A DNA stretch of 36,125 bases from Promethearchaeota archaeon. GTDB lineage: Archaea; Asgardarchaeota; Lokiarchaeia; Sigyniarchaeales; SOKP01. Both the position numbers and the translations under genes were made by a program. The stretch covers positions 1 through 36,125 of the forward strand of contig SDNY01000029.1 of NCBI GenBank assembly GCA_004524535.1, given 5' to 3'. Under the pieces are notes generated by a model, which had not been told where the DNA came from, did no database searches, and saw nothing but the letters and a program-made list of their open reading frames with translations. This document shows, piece after piece, positions 10,401-18,131 of the stretch (position 1 is its first letter; each line of letters begins with the position of its first letter).

Positions 10401-12771
10401 ACAATTAATTGTTCGTAAGGATATTATTGCTCCAATTATTACTATTAATTCTCCTTTTTCTAATGATTTGTTCGGATTTTCTGCATGTAGTTTTGATATT
10501 TCTATTATAGAGGCAAATCTAAACCTTACATGGTATACTTTAAATGGAGGCGCAAAATATAATTTCACAGGAACTAATGGTATAATTAATCAAACAGCTT
10601 GGGATGCGTTTGGAAATGAAACTATAATTATTAGATTCTATGCCAATGACACACTTGGAAATGAAGGATATGAGGAGAGATCTGTCCGTAAATATACACA
10701 TATTCCTGATATTACGATTGTTTCACCTACTGACTTACAGACATTAACGACATATATAATAAATTTTAATTTAAATATTGATGAGAAATACATTTTTGAA
10801 TCCAAATATTCATTAAACGGTGGCTCTAATTACACTTTTTCTGGTTCAAGCGGAACTATAAATGAGAATGCTTGGATAGTCTGTGATAATGGCAATGTTA
10901 ATATTACTTTTTATGTAGAAAATGATGTAGGTACGATTGGTTCAGAGAAGGTGACCGTTATTAAAAATACACCCTTATTGGAAAAAGATGCTTATGCTAT
11001 TATAATAGGCATTGAAAACTATCCAGGTACTTTTGATGATTTGTATTATTGTAGAGATGATGCACTTAGTATTAATTCAATGTTAATTAATCGATATCAT
11101 TTTAAATCTGCTAACATAATTTTACTTTTAGACTCTGCAGCTACTAAAAGTGCTATTACAAATGCATTTTCTCAAGTTTCTTCTAATATTGATTCTGAAG
11201 ATATCTTTTTCTTCTATTATGCGGGTCATGGAGGTTCTCAAACCGTTTTTAGACAATATATTTGCCCTTATGATTCTATTCCGGATACTCCAAGTAATCG
11301 TTATTATGATTATGAATTAAGTTCGCGCCTTAGTAGTTTTTCTGCAGCAGAAAAGTATGTTGTAATTGATTCTTGTTATAGTGGAGGGATGATATCGGAG
11401 TCACAATCTTCTCGACGATTTATAATGACTGCGTGTGATGATGATGAATCATCTTATGAATCTAGTTCTTTTGGACATGGTATTTTTACATATTATTTTT
11501 TAAGATCACCAACATATGCTTCAGACTCTAATGGAGATGGAGTTAAATCAATGGAAGAATGCTTTTCATATGCTGATGCTCGAACAGTAATATATACCTC
11601 GGGTGATCAAGATCCCCAAAAATATGACGCAATTAGTGGTCAAGCTGTATTTACACCTTCAATAACCTCATTAACCCTTTCAATTTCTGGAAATCAGTTA
11701 GATTATTCATTTTACATATATGGTACTAGATTAATAGAAACATTACGACTTAGTGTATGTGGTATTAATCCAATTACAGCAACTAAAACTATTAATTTTA
11801 AGGATAAAGCAACAACAAAAAGTGGATTTGGATATTATTCTGGTTCAATTATATTGGAAGGATGTACAAATATAACAGGATATGAATTCTCGGCAGAAAT
11901 TTCTGATAATTTACTTTCGTTTAATCAAAAATATGGTGATACTGATATTGATGACCTTTACGATATCGATGAAATTTTAGAATATGGAACTGATCCGAAT
12001 AACTGGGACACAGATGGTGATAGTTATAGTGATGGATGGGAAGTAGCAAATGGGTATGATCCTTTAGATCCTGATGATCCTCCCGAACCAGATGATGATG
12101 ATGATGATGACGGCGGTGGTGGGGCTGGTGCTGAGGAGGGATTTTTAATTATTATATTAATCCTTGTTGCAATAGGAGTCATTGGTTTTGTAGCAACAAT
12201 TGTAATAGTTAAGAGAAAGAGTAAAAGTACAATTAAAAGTACATATAAACCGACTATTAAGGGAAAGAGCACATATAAACCGAGTATCAAGGAAAAGACA
12301 CTACCCGAAAGTGCTTGGTTTAAGAAACCTACTGAAAAACCACCTATAGAGTCATATAGAAGACCCTATAAAATACCAGAGCCTAAATTGGATATTAATT
12401 ATTGTACGAATTGTGGTTCTAAAGTAAAGAAAGAAGATAGGTTTTGCACAAATTGTGGCACTTCAATAGAAAGCAAATTAGAGCCTAAGTCGCAATTTGA
12501 TAGGGGCGTGCCTTTAGGAGCGGACCGAGCTAAAATGAAATTAATATTGAAAGATTTTATCCTAAATAAAACACCGCCACCAAAATCCCAATTTTCTCTA
12601 GAGGGAAAAAGAGCAATAATGGTAGCTAAGATGGCAAATGATAAAATTATAGAAGGAAAATTGGCCGAAGCACTCAATTTAATGATGGAGTCTTTAAGGT
12701 TAGGCGTGCCTGAACCTTATAATACACGAATTAAAGCTACCCTATTAGATTTGTTAGAACGAGATTTTTAG
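4423..12771 (+). CDS. Giant membrane-anchored surface glycoprotein with NIDO-like, reelin-like and Ig/FN3-like repeats, a C14 caspase-family peptidase, TSP3-like Ca-binding motifs, a TM helix and a cytoplasmic zinc ribbon
   Basis: 2782-aa ORF with an N-terminal signal/TM segment and dense N-x-S/T sequons. C14 motifs AIIIGIENY, YYAGHGG, DSCYSGG, HGIFT and QDPQ. DTDxD motifs, a TM at about 12142-12210, and CTNCG-x9-CTNCG. Confidence 0.9.
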   Translation: MNIYRKKGKTVLVLISLFTILYFLTFIFNSVNFIQYNNENEQKFKEDIYGNPLSDEEDNIILDDLNFEDKLPQLSSPILQNYTMIVGNPYSWISAAGGTELLLLDNSYVSRSLPFSFDFYNESYSTIYLGVNGYLSFTDSSPSDFSNDPIPSTDPDNTYLIAPFWDDLLTAWGGGGGTIYVRSFGTYWVAEWLNIEHISGPTVGTFEVILYDNGDIVFNYDYISYVAGGYTCGLNLGLDTSYYNEYSGLTASTNDFSLLFTPTNDYAPQLSAESVIPTTGGQTTQFNFSVEYTDQDNNPPIYVNVTINGTSYSMSQVNPLDNDYTDGCIYQYITYLQPAAFNYTYSFECSDGDNFNSTITYDNLEVIHVNDYGPELLNPQVTPSIGGNSKLFNFTVRYFDDDNNFPVNINITLNSTTTYLMLPVNPLDTNAMDGVLYYFNTTLDFGYYSFQINCSDGVFTNSTGWIIGPEVNPFYGQWSDFTLFYDDFERASLGSDWTHIGGGSYGINTDTFQSPTRSAYHCWNTGEIQSRIFDLSFYRYVNISYWVRQGDTSLGSEQPETGEDFFVEYYNNLGSWIPLDQFLGADPGATIYIRSHQLPADALHSNFQIRFRQFGGSNSDWDWWHFDDVRIDVNSVLNLHLPLNNSIHFNGFINFTWDSLDAYIGACNYTLQISNQIDFSVINIEELNIPETPDNTSILIDVNLAADQYYWRIRPTYGPFYHNWSDVFTFNLTINNFTPNLSSVEVIPLYGSQMTKFNFTVMYSDQDNNPPIYVNVNINGTSYSMSQVNPLDTDYTDGCIFQYLSKLSPATFNYTYSFECYDGKYANSTILYDNLEVIEINLIAPNLINPQLNPSIGVNSTLFNFSVWYYDIENNQLTYINITINDTGTFLMEKADPLDFNATDGILYYYTTTLPWGYYKFQINCSDGVFTNSTGWLIGPEVNPFLGLSDLSTDPIKIVILDSAASDAPRNGIWANLNANWNLYGTYNISIDYTTLNFNGITYNDLVNSGADVVVIADAHSSYDYMLPEIRAIYQYTQEGHGLVGSGVTFWSCTNNDRLAPLFGMYSNMTPSIPQNPNSLDIDPLGYGYSSTILFNNLITPMEGYTGYALNGWQLNFSDPAEFAAAYVGAPTGNLKSVFYGAAVLVHEGGSAGLGRSVFATHLSTYNYGGTWTSEETQLYYNILIYAAMKNLKISSAINLKSPVNESSFFNDVYNFTWSSLDAYFGPCNYTLQISNQIDFSVINIEELNIPETPENTSILIDVNLAADQYYWRVRPTYGPFYYNWSEVYTFNLIINNYTPNLTSVEVIPLSGSQLTIFNFTVIYSDQDNNPPIYVNVIINGTSYLMSQVNPLDTDYTDGCMFQYKTKLSPAVFNYTYSFECYDGKYANSTILYDNLEVIEINLIAPNLINPQLNPSIGVNSTLFNFSVWYYDIENNQLTYINITINNTGIFLMEKADPLDFNATDGILYYHTTTLPWGYYKFQINCSDGVFTNSTEWLIGPEVNPFYGDPILPLLTPLNESLWFTSLFDFTWTSLELPSGAVVNYSLQISNSTDFSFIIFEKENIEELSGVSNLTQYIDYQSGLYYWRVCAIYEVFTSNWSNYYMFNLTYNENIPNLFSGSVIPRTGSQLTKFNFTVVYIDPDNNYPYSITVTINGTSYEMVKVNSADNNYTDGCVYQYLIYLAPSDFNYTYYFECYDGKYTNFTISYNNLEVNESFLIAPLLINPHLNPSTGDTSTLFNFTVWYYDIENNQLTYINITIKNTGTFLMEKINPLDFNATDGILYYYTTTLPWGSYKFQINCSDGVLTNSTGWIHGPEINPPEITIISPIPYQLFGNKTFEFVLYISNTENLYSTWYSLNGGLNYTFSGTTGTINQSAWDACGNGTVIIRFYTNDTVGNINFTEITVRKETSSPNITINLPYANDLFGAGAPKYNVTIDDNKLNTTWYSLNGGLNYTFTSSTGLFNQTAWDACGNGTVIITFYANNTAGNLNSEQLIVRKDIIAPIITINSPFSNDLFGFSACSFDISIIEANLNLTWYTLNGGAKYNFTGTNGIINQTAWDAFGNETIIIRFYANDTLGNEGYEERSVRKYTHIPDITIVSPTDLQTLTTYIINFNLNIDEKYIFESKYSLNGGSNYTFSGSSGTINENAWIVCDNGNVNITFYVENDVGTIGSEKVTVIKNTPLLEKDAYAIIIGIENYPGTFDDLYYCRDDALSINSMLINRYHFKSANIILLLDSAATKSAITNAFSQVSSNIDSEDIFFFYYAGHGGSQTVFRQYICPYDSIPDTPSNRYYDYELSSRLSSFSAAEKYVVIDSCYSGGMISESQSSRRFIMTACDDDESSYESSSFGHGIFTYYFLRSPTYASDSNGDGVKSMEECFSYADARTVIYTSGDQDPQKYDAISGQAVFTPSITSLTLSISGNQLDYSFYIYGTRLIETLRLSVCGINPITATKTINFKDKATTKSGFGYYSGSIILEGCTNITGYEFSAEISDNLLSFNQKYGDTDIDDLYDIDEILEYGTDPNNWDTDGDSYSDGWEVANGYDPLDPDDPPEPDDDDDDDGGGGAGAEEGFLIIILILVAIGVIGFVATIVIVKRKSKSTIKSTYKPTIKGKSTYKPSIKEKTLPESAWFKKPTEKPPIESYRRPYKIPEPKLDINYCTNCGSKVKKEDRFCTNCGTSIESKLEPKSQFDRGVPLGADRAKMKLILKDFILNKTPPPKSQFSLEGKRAIMVAKMANDKIIEGKLAEALNLMMESLRLGVPEPYNTRIKATLLDLLERDF
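6385..8940 (+). repeat. Recent intragenic duplication: about 870-bp near-identical copies at about 6385-7257 and about 8068-8940 (offset 1683 bp, 561 codons)
   Basis: TGTAATTATAC at 6421 and 8104, and GA(G/A)GTTAATCC at 7243 and 8926. Long stretches are identical at DNA level. Confidence 0.9.
9880..10968 (+). repeat. Four tandem Ig-like repeats of about 91 aa within the giant protein
   Basis: Unit P.ITI.SP...WYSLNGG.NYTF....G.INQ.AWDACGNGTVII.FY.N...G starts near 9880, 10156, 10429 and 10702. Confidence 0.85.
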
Positions 12772-12819
12772 TTCAAACCCTAATTTCTAACTAATTTTAT
12801 TTTTTAAATATTAAATAGA

Positions 12820-12909
12820 AGATAGTTAAAAATCCTCCCTTGTGAATTTTTATATTCACCATTCTAAAGTATTATATATAAATGGATAATAATTAGTAAT
12901 AGACAAAAA
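12820..12909 (+). promoter_or_regulatory. Upstream cassette copy 2
   Basis: AGATAGTTAAAAATCCTCCCTTGTGA (from 12820) and GTAATAGACAAAAA (12896-12909). Inverted repeat GTGAAT-N6-ATTCAC at 12842-12859. Confidence 0.55.
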
Positions 12910-13280
12910 TGAAAAGTAGAACATTCTATTTATTAGTATTTTTTGTGTTTTTAGTGTATTTTAGCATTATAATTCAAGAAAATGTTGATGATAATAATGA
13001 TATAGAGTCTAGTAGTCATAAGAGTGAAAAGAGAGATAAGAATAATAAAACCATAAAAAAAGCAGATTCATGGATACTTTCGCCATTCGTTATAGACGAC
13101 GAGAGGGGAACAGGAGATTATAATTGGTCGGAAGCTGCTGATCAAGATTGGTGTTCTGGTTCAGGTACTATAGGTGATCCATATATAATAGAAAATGTTA
13201 CTATTAATGTTGTAGGGTCAAGAAGTGGGATACATATAAAGGATTCCGATGTATATTTTATAAATATTAAACCGTACTAA
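12909..13280 (+). pseudogene. Truncated secreted NosD/parallel beta-helix-type surface protein (N-terminal fragment only)
   Basis: A signal peptide followed by IDD..G.GDYNWSEAA..WCSGSGT..DPYIIENVTI...GIHIKDSDVYF, which I recognise as the usual lead-in to a beta-helix in much longer Loki proteins. The ORF stops right after it. Confidence 0.65.
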
Positions 13281-13340
13281 TTGAATATTATTTTTTTTTC
13301 CGCTCCCTTAGAATTTCAATAAAACTTTCAATTTTATTTG

Positions 13341-14573
13341 TTATGTAAATTTTAGTATTCCATCATTATAATACAGGTCTCTCCAAGATATTTTTTTTTT
13401 CTTGATTTTAATCCCAGTTTGATTTGTAAATTCTTTAATAATATATTGAAACCTCTCATCTTTTTTTATATGATAAGGAACTACAATTAAATAATAATCC
13501 TTTCTGTTATATTGTTCAAATAATAAAACTTTTTCTTTATCTCTTCTTATTAATTTTCTCCAATCTAAATGTGAACCTTTTCCATGTGTTATTCCTAAAA
13601 ACGCTAGCCAACCATCATTTGAGTTTTCATGCTGGGCACCTTGATATTCAATCGCTAGCCTTATCAAACGATTATTTATTTTTAATATCGCAAAAAGATC
13701 TACATGAACATTGAAATGAGACAGAATCTTTGGTAGTTTTATATCTGCAAATATCTTGTATATGGGATGTTCAGTAATGAAATTTTCCGAGACTATACAA
13801 TCACTGAAAATATATCGGCAGATTTTTTGAGTTATTAACTGATTTTTGAAAATATTACAGTTTGGACAAGCAGAATCTTTATAAGCAATATAGGAATATC
13901 TTTTTAGGAATTTTTCTCCACATCTTTTACATTTCCATCTTAATTCAGCATCAGTATTTTTACCCGATTTTCTTTTTGCATTTTTCTTGGCTTGTTTAAA
14001 TTCATTTTCTGATGATAATAATTTAAGATTTCTAGATTTGCTTAATTCTAAAACGTCATCAAAGTTTATAGCTTCTTTTAAATTATTTAAAGCATTATCT
14101 AATCTACAAATATTGCACCCTCTTTTACCTATATTTTGAATTGATTTTTTATTTTCATGACCACACATATATTTCACCTTAATTTTTAAGTCTTGAATTG
14201 ATTTAGTTTTTCTTAGCTTTAAGATTTCAAACCAATTAGTTGGTGTAGTTTTTAGTTTTAGATCTGCTTTTTTACATTTTCTAACTAGATCATGATATGA
14301 TGTTATTGCTTTACCAAATATCATATCATAGATGACGTTAGCTTTAATAGGTGAGCGAAAAATATTTGTTAAAATATGAATTGAATACTTTTTCATAGTT
14401 GTAGTCGATTTTATACCAGCATTTAATCCTGCCTCGAATGTTTGGTATAATCTTTTCCCAGATCTTGAATATTCCTGTAGTTGTTGATTAATTATCGCCC
14501 TTAATTTTTTTAATTTGGGATATGTAGATTGATATCTCCATTTCTTTTTTACTTCAAAATTTGGTGAAGGCAA
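13341..14573 (-). CDS. Zinc-finger plus Vsr/EDxHD-like PD-(D/E)XK nuclease (homing-endonuclease-like)
   Basis: Lys-rich 410 aa with CGH...GCNIC and WKCKRC...ACPNC zinc fingers, and a C-terminal E...D...LAIEYQGAQH...RD.EK motif. Confidence 0.7.
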   Translation of the reverse strand: MPSPNFEVKKKWRYQSTYPKLKKLRAIINQQLQEYSRSGKRLYQTFEAGLNAGIKSTTTMKKYSIHILTNIFRSPIKANVIYDMIFGKAITSYHDLVRKCKKADLKLKTTPTNWFEILKLRKTKSIQDLKIKVKYMCGHENKKSIQNIGKRGCNICRLDNALNNLKEAINFDDVLELSKSRNLKLLSSENEFKQAKKNAKRKSGKNTDAELRWKCKRCGEKFLKRYSYIAYKDSACPNCNIFKNQLITQKICRYIFSDCIVSENFITEHPIYKIFADIKLPKILSHFNVHVDLFAILKINNRLIRLAIEYQGAQHENSNDGWLAFLGITHGKGSHLDWRKLIRRDKEKVLLFEQYNRKDYYLIVVPYHIKKDERFQYIIKEFTNQTGIKIKKKKISWRDLYYNDGILKFT

Positions 14574-14686
14574 ATAAATAACCTGAATTCATTCTTAAGG
14601 AGAAAAAGATAAATTTATTTATATTTGAAAGAACTCTGCTGGTTTTTTGAACTTGCTAAATAAAAATAGGATTAAAAAAATGATCC

Positions 14687-15949
14687 TTATTTTTTCTTTC
14701 TTTTATGAAGTATTTCAATAAAACTTTCAATCTGATTTGAAACTTGAGTTTCATTCATCTTTCTAGGATCATTCATATCGCTTGTTATGATAAGGCATGG
14801 AATATCATAATCGTCGCTTAATCGTCTTTTCAAGTCGTATAGCCCACACGCATTAGGTCTGCAGGACATGTTATTATGTAAAAGAACGCCATCAATTTTC
14901 CATTCATCAACAGTTTCTTTGAATTTTTGAATGCGCGTTTTCAAGTCGAAGATATACCAGAAACTAAGCATTAATTCCGACATAGCTTCAATTGGCTTGT
15001 TTAATAACATATCTTTAGTAACATTTGGGTTCATAAATTTACTAAATGCATAAGTATAAGGTTCATATACAATTATAGCCCCATATTTTTCAAGCATGGC
15101 AAAATATTTTAAGTTGTACCAGAAGGGGATGCCTTCAAACATAAGTCTGTAGTTTTCCTGTTCCAGAGCACCAATCCCAGCATCTACACGAGCTTTTGCC
15201 TCTCGGTACATCCTTTTATATAATTTAATAGGAGCCTTCAATCCTGGCATTGTAAATAACGGAAATAACCCGCCAAAAGTATCTTTAGTAGATATGGGAC
15301 AAGGTATATTTTTTCTTAACTCATAGATCTCTTGCCAAACCATACTTAAGTCGTACGAATTCTTGGCAACTTCCTTGGATCTCTCCATATTCATTTCATG
15401 CCCCGTTACTTCTTGAATAAAATCTAAAAGTTCCCAGACCTGTTCTGCTACATATTTTTTAAAATAATTATATTGTCTATTATTGGTATTACTTACTACG
15501 TGAGGGACATCAATAGTAAAATGTGGCACATTCATTCTTTCTGCTTGTACTTGAAACCAATTTACGTGTGTATCACAAATAACATCACTGGACAACATAA
15601 AAGTAGGTTTATTTATTCCGCCTATGGTCACGTCCACATTACTTTCCACGGCTCCAATATTAGTCTTAAAATAAGAACATAAATCGTAAGAAAATCCTTG
15701 ATCCTCAGCTAGTTCAATAAATTTTTGCGAGTATTTTCGTGCAGCTGATATTGTAGCTGAATTCTCTGGAAGCATTGGTTGAACATCCATTGCATATAAT
15801 AGCTCAACAGGAGTTCCTGATGTCGCCCAAGCCGTTGGTGTTCCATCTCTAATAGCTTGTTCAATTGCAAGGAAATGTCGTCCCATTATATTTTTTAATC
15901 CTAACGTAGCTTTTAACAATTTAGATTTTTTTACATATGCTTTTGACAT
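14687..15949 (-). CDS. 2-hydroxyacyl-CoA dehydratase alpha subunit (HgdA/FldB/BcrB family)
   Basis: PVELLYAMD...PEN, DLCSY, ICD and IDGV...SCR...SDM.DPR motifs. ATG 15949 follows an AGGTG RBS, so it is preferred to the ORF-track start at 15958. Confidence 0.9.
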   Translation of the reverse strand: MSKAYVKKSKLLKATLGLKNIMGRHFLAIEQAIRDGTPTAWATSGTPVELLYAMDVQPMLPENSATISAARKYSQKFIELAEDQGFSYDLCSYFKTNIGAVESNVDVTIGGINKPTFMLSSDVICDTHVNWFQVQAERMNVPHFTIDVPHVVSNTNNRQYNYFKKYVAEQVWELLDFIQEVTGHEMNMERSKEVAKNSYDLSMVWQEIYELRKNIPCPISTKDTFGGLFPLFTMPGLKAPIKLYKRMYREAKARVDAGIGALEQENYRLMFEGIPFWYNLKYFAMLEKYGAIIVYEPYTYAFSKFMNPNVTKDMLLNKPIEAMSELMLSFWYIFDLKTRIQKFKETVDEWKIDGVLLHNNMSCRPNACGLYDLKRRLSDDYDIPCLIITSDMNDPRKMNETQVSNQIESFIEILHKRKKK

Positions 15950-15961
15950 TCTAAACACCTC

Positions 15962-17005
15962 TTAAATTATTTCAGCAAAAGCTTCAAATCTTGTGGCCAA
16001 TTGTTTATAAGATTCGCGATTATATTCCATCTCAATAAATAAATATGGAATTGGATTTTTAAGTTCCTTAAATTTTTTAGCCATAAAAGGATGGTCGTAT
16101 AATATTGGTTCACAAAACTTTTGAGCTATATTTACAACTCCATCAACGTTATATTTTGCGGCTAACTCTTTAACAAAATCAAACCTTTTTTGAGACGGTA
16201 CTTTTGTAGAATAAATTGGCTTGCTTAAGTGATATTTTGCCAGAGCTTTTATTGGTTTTTCAGTTTCATCAACATTAATCCAGAAATATCTCGTACCAAT
16301 GCATAGGTCATCTTGTACAATCTGATACCCAAGAGATTCTAAAAATTTAATAAATTCAGTATCGTCAATGACAGAGCCAGTTAAAAAGATTTTTTTAAGA
16401 TTTTTATCTGTAAATGGAGTTCTAGTTTTAATTTCCTCTAATTTGTCTTCGAGCATTTTCAAAGCTTCCTTTTTATCTTTTTGTTGCACATTTTTCACGA
16501 TATGGTGAAATTCTGAACCCTTTAATGTCATTTTACTTCGATACTCTGAAATTTCTTTAAGTAGATTCCTTATTTTATTCATCAATTTAATAGCTTCGAT
16601 TATTTTCTCATTTGTAATATTTACGTTGAAATGTTCTTCTAATTGAGTGATTAATTCTTTTATGTCTTTAACAAAAAATTTTAGGGAAGTTTTATCGCGC
16701 TTTAATGGAGCATTAAGGAAAAACATAAAATCAAGATCAACACACTCCAACCAAATATCAAATTCTCTGTTAGTACAATCACAGCCATGGGTTACTATAA
16801 CACCTTTAATATCGCTATCAAGCCCTTCAATTGCTTGCTCAAGGATATTTCTTGCCCAAACGCAATGAGTTGGAGGAATATGCTCATTTGCCTTGTCGAT
16901 CCCAATATTAGGATTGCCTAAAAGTCTAATGGGTACCAAATCAGCAGCAATTAAAATCTCTTCTGGAGTGATAATTCCCGCATCAAAATATGCAATTTTT
17001 TTCAA
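15962..17005 (-). CDS. 2-hydroxyacyl-CoA dehydratase beta subunit (HgdB/FldC/BcrC family)
   Basis: PEEILIAA, HC, HGCDC, DDLCIGTRYF, VDGVV...KFCEP and TRFEAFAE motifs. It lies directly upstream of the alpha subunit. Confidence 0.9.
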   Translation of the reverse strand: MKKIAYFDAGIITPEEILIAADLVPIRLLGNPNIGIDKANEHIPPTHCVWARNILEQAIEGLDSDIKGVIVTHGCDCTNREFDIWLECVDLDFMFFLNAPLKRDKTSLKFFVKDIKELITQLEEHFNVNITNEKIIEAIKLMNKIRNLLKEISEYRSKMTLKGSEFHHIVKNVQQKDKKEALKMLEDKLEEIKTRTPFTDKNLKKIFLTGSVIDDTEFIKFLESLGYQIVQDDLCIGTRYFWINVDETEKPIKALAKYHLSKPIYSTKVPSQKRFDFVKELAAKYNVDGVVNIAQKFCEPILYDHPFMAKKFKELKNPIPYLFIEMEYNRESYKQLATRFEAFAEII

Positions 17006-17130
17006 GATTTTATAGCTCTACAATTTAATATTTATTATTTGATATCTTTAATCAGAGAATATAAAAAAATATTTATATTTTCAATTATAACTAAATATAG
17101 TTAGATTTATTTTCAAGAGATTTATATTCT

Positions 17131-17445
17131 ATGAGTCAACCAACTATATCACGGACTTTAAGCAAAGCAATTCTTCAGCCCGAAGTTAGAATTAAATTAA
17201 AAATTTGGAACACATATCTTACTGGAAAGTTGGTAAAATTTGATAATTATATGAATTTAATTGTCGAAAATGCTAAAGAGATTTATTTTGGTCGAGGAGG
17301 AAAAAGATCTAAGGATTTAGGGACCGTGATGATCCGAGGGGCTTCAATTATTTTCATTGGTCAGGAAAGAGAAAAAATAATTTTTTCTGATACAGAGCTT
17401 AATCATGATAAATTAATGCACACGCATGAATCAGAGGAAGAATAA
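17131..17445 (+). CDS. Sm/Lsm-like RNA-binding protein (SmAP)
   Basis: Sm1 motif GKLVKFDNYMNLIVENAKE and Sm2 motif LGTVMIRGASI. Its position upstream of rpl37e is typical for archaea. Confidence 0.93.
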   Translation: MSQPTISRTLSKAILQPEVRIKLKIWNTYLTGKLVKFDNYMNLIVENAKEIYFGRGGKRSKDLGTVMIRGASIIFIGQEREKIIFSDTELNHDKLMHTHESEEE

Positions 17446-17462
17446 AAAAGTTTGGTGATAAA

Positions 17463-17663
17463 ATGGGTAAAGGTACACCGAGTAAAGGTAAGAAAAATAA
17501 AGCAGCCACTCATAAAACGTGTAGACGATGTGGAAGACATTCTTTTCATAGGAGAAAAAGATATTGTTCGTACTGTGGTTTTGGGAGGACTGCTAAATTG
17601 AGGCAACCTAGTTGGCGAAATCGGTACAGAGCTTTCAACGGGAATAAAGGTTTTTATCGATGA
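17463..17663 (+). CDS. rpl37e: 50S ribosomal protein L37e
   Basis: MGKGTPSKGK..THKTCRRCGRHSFH....CSYCGFG, with a GGTGA RBS upstream. Confidence 0.97.
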   Translation: MGKGTPSKGKKNKAATHKTCRRCGRHSFHRRKRYCSYCGFGRTAKLRQPSWRNRYRAFNGNKGFYR

Positions 17664-17740
17664 TATTCTGAACAATAAGGAAGCTAAAATCTTAGTTTTA
17701 AATCTATTAGATTTTAAAATCACCAAAAGTTTAATTATTA

Positions 17741-18121
17741 ATGAGTTCAGAAGACAGAACTGAAGAACTTCATGAATTATTGATGAATTTAGAAGTAATT
17801 AGCGGAATAATTGGTACTGCAATAGTAAAAAGTAATGGGTTATTAATTACTTCTAGATTACCAAGGGACATTGATGACCGAAAGTTTGGAGCAATGGCAG
17901 CTACTATGTTAGGTGCAGTTGAAACTGCTACAAGTGCTTTAGGGAATACAAATATTAATAATCTAACAGTTGAATTGGGAGACGATTACCAATTGATCGT
18001 GATGAAAGCCACTGATCAGATAATTCTTGTCTCATTATTAGATTTAAATGTTAATTTAGGTTTAATTTTAATAGAAATTGAAGAAACAATTAAAAAAATT
18101 AAAGAAATATTAATTTCATGA
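17741..18121 (+). CDS. Roadblock/LC7 (LAMTOR2-like) domain protein
   Basis: GIIGTAIVKSNGLLITS.LP...GAMAATM.G...LG...NLGLI pattern in 126 aa. Confidence 0.9.
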   Translation: MSSEDRTEELHELLMNLEVISGIIGTAIVKSNGLLITSRLPRDIDDRKFGAMAATMLGAVETATSALGNTNINNLTVELGDDYQLIVMKATDQIILVSLLDLNVNLGLILIEIEETIKKIKEILIS

Positions 18122-18131
18122 GGCGATTTAT

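Noticed and set aside
9244-12677. Antisense ORFs inside the giant gene (9244-9456, 10365-10568, 12024-12290, 12399-12677)
   Set aside because: They mirror the codon bias and low-complexity tracts of the sense gene.
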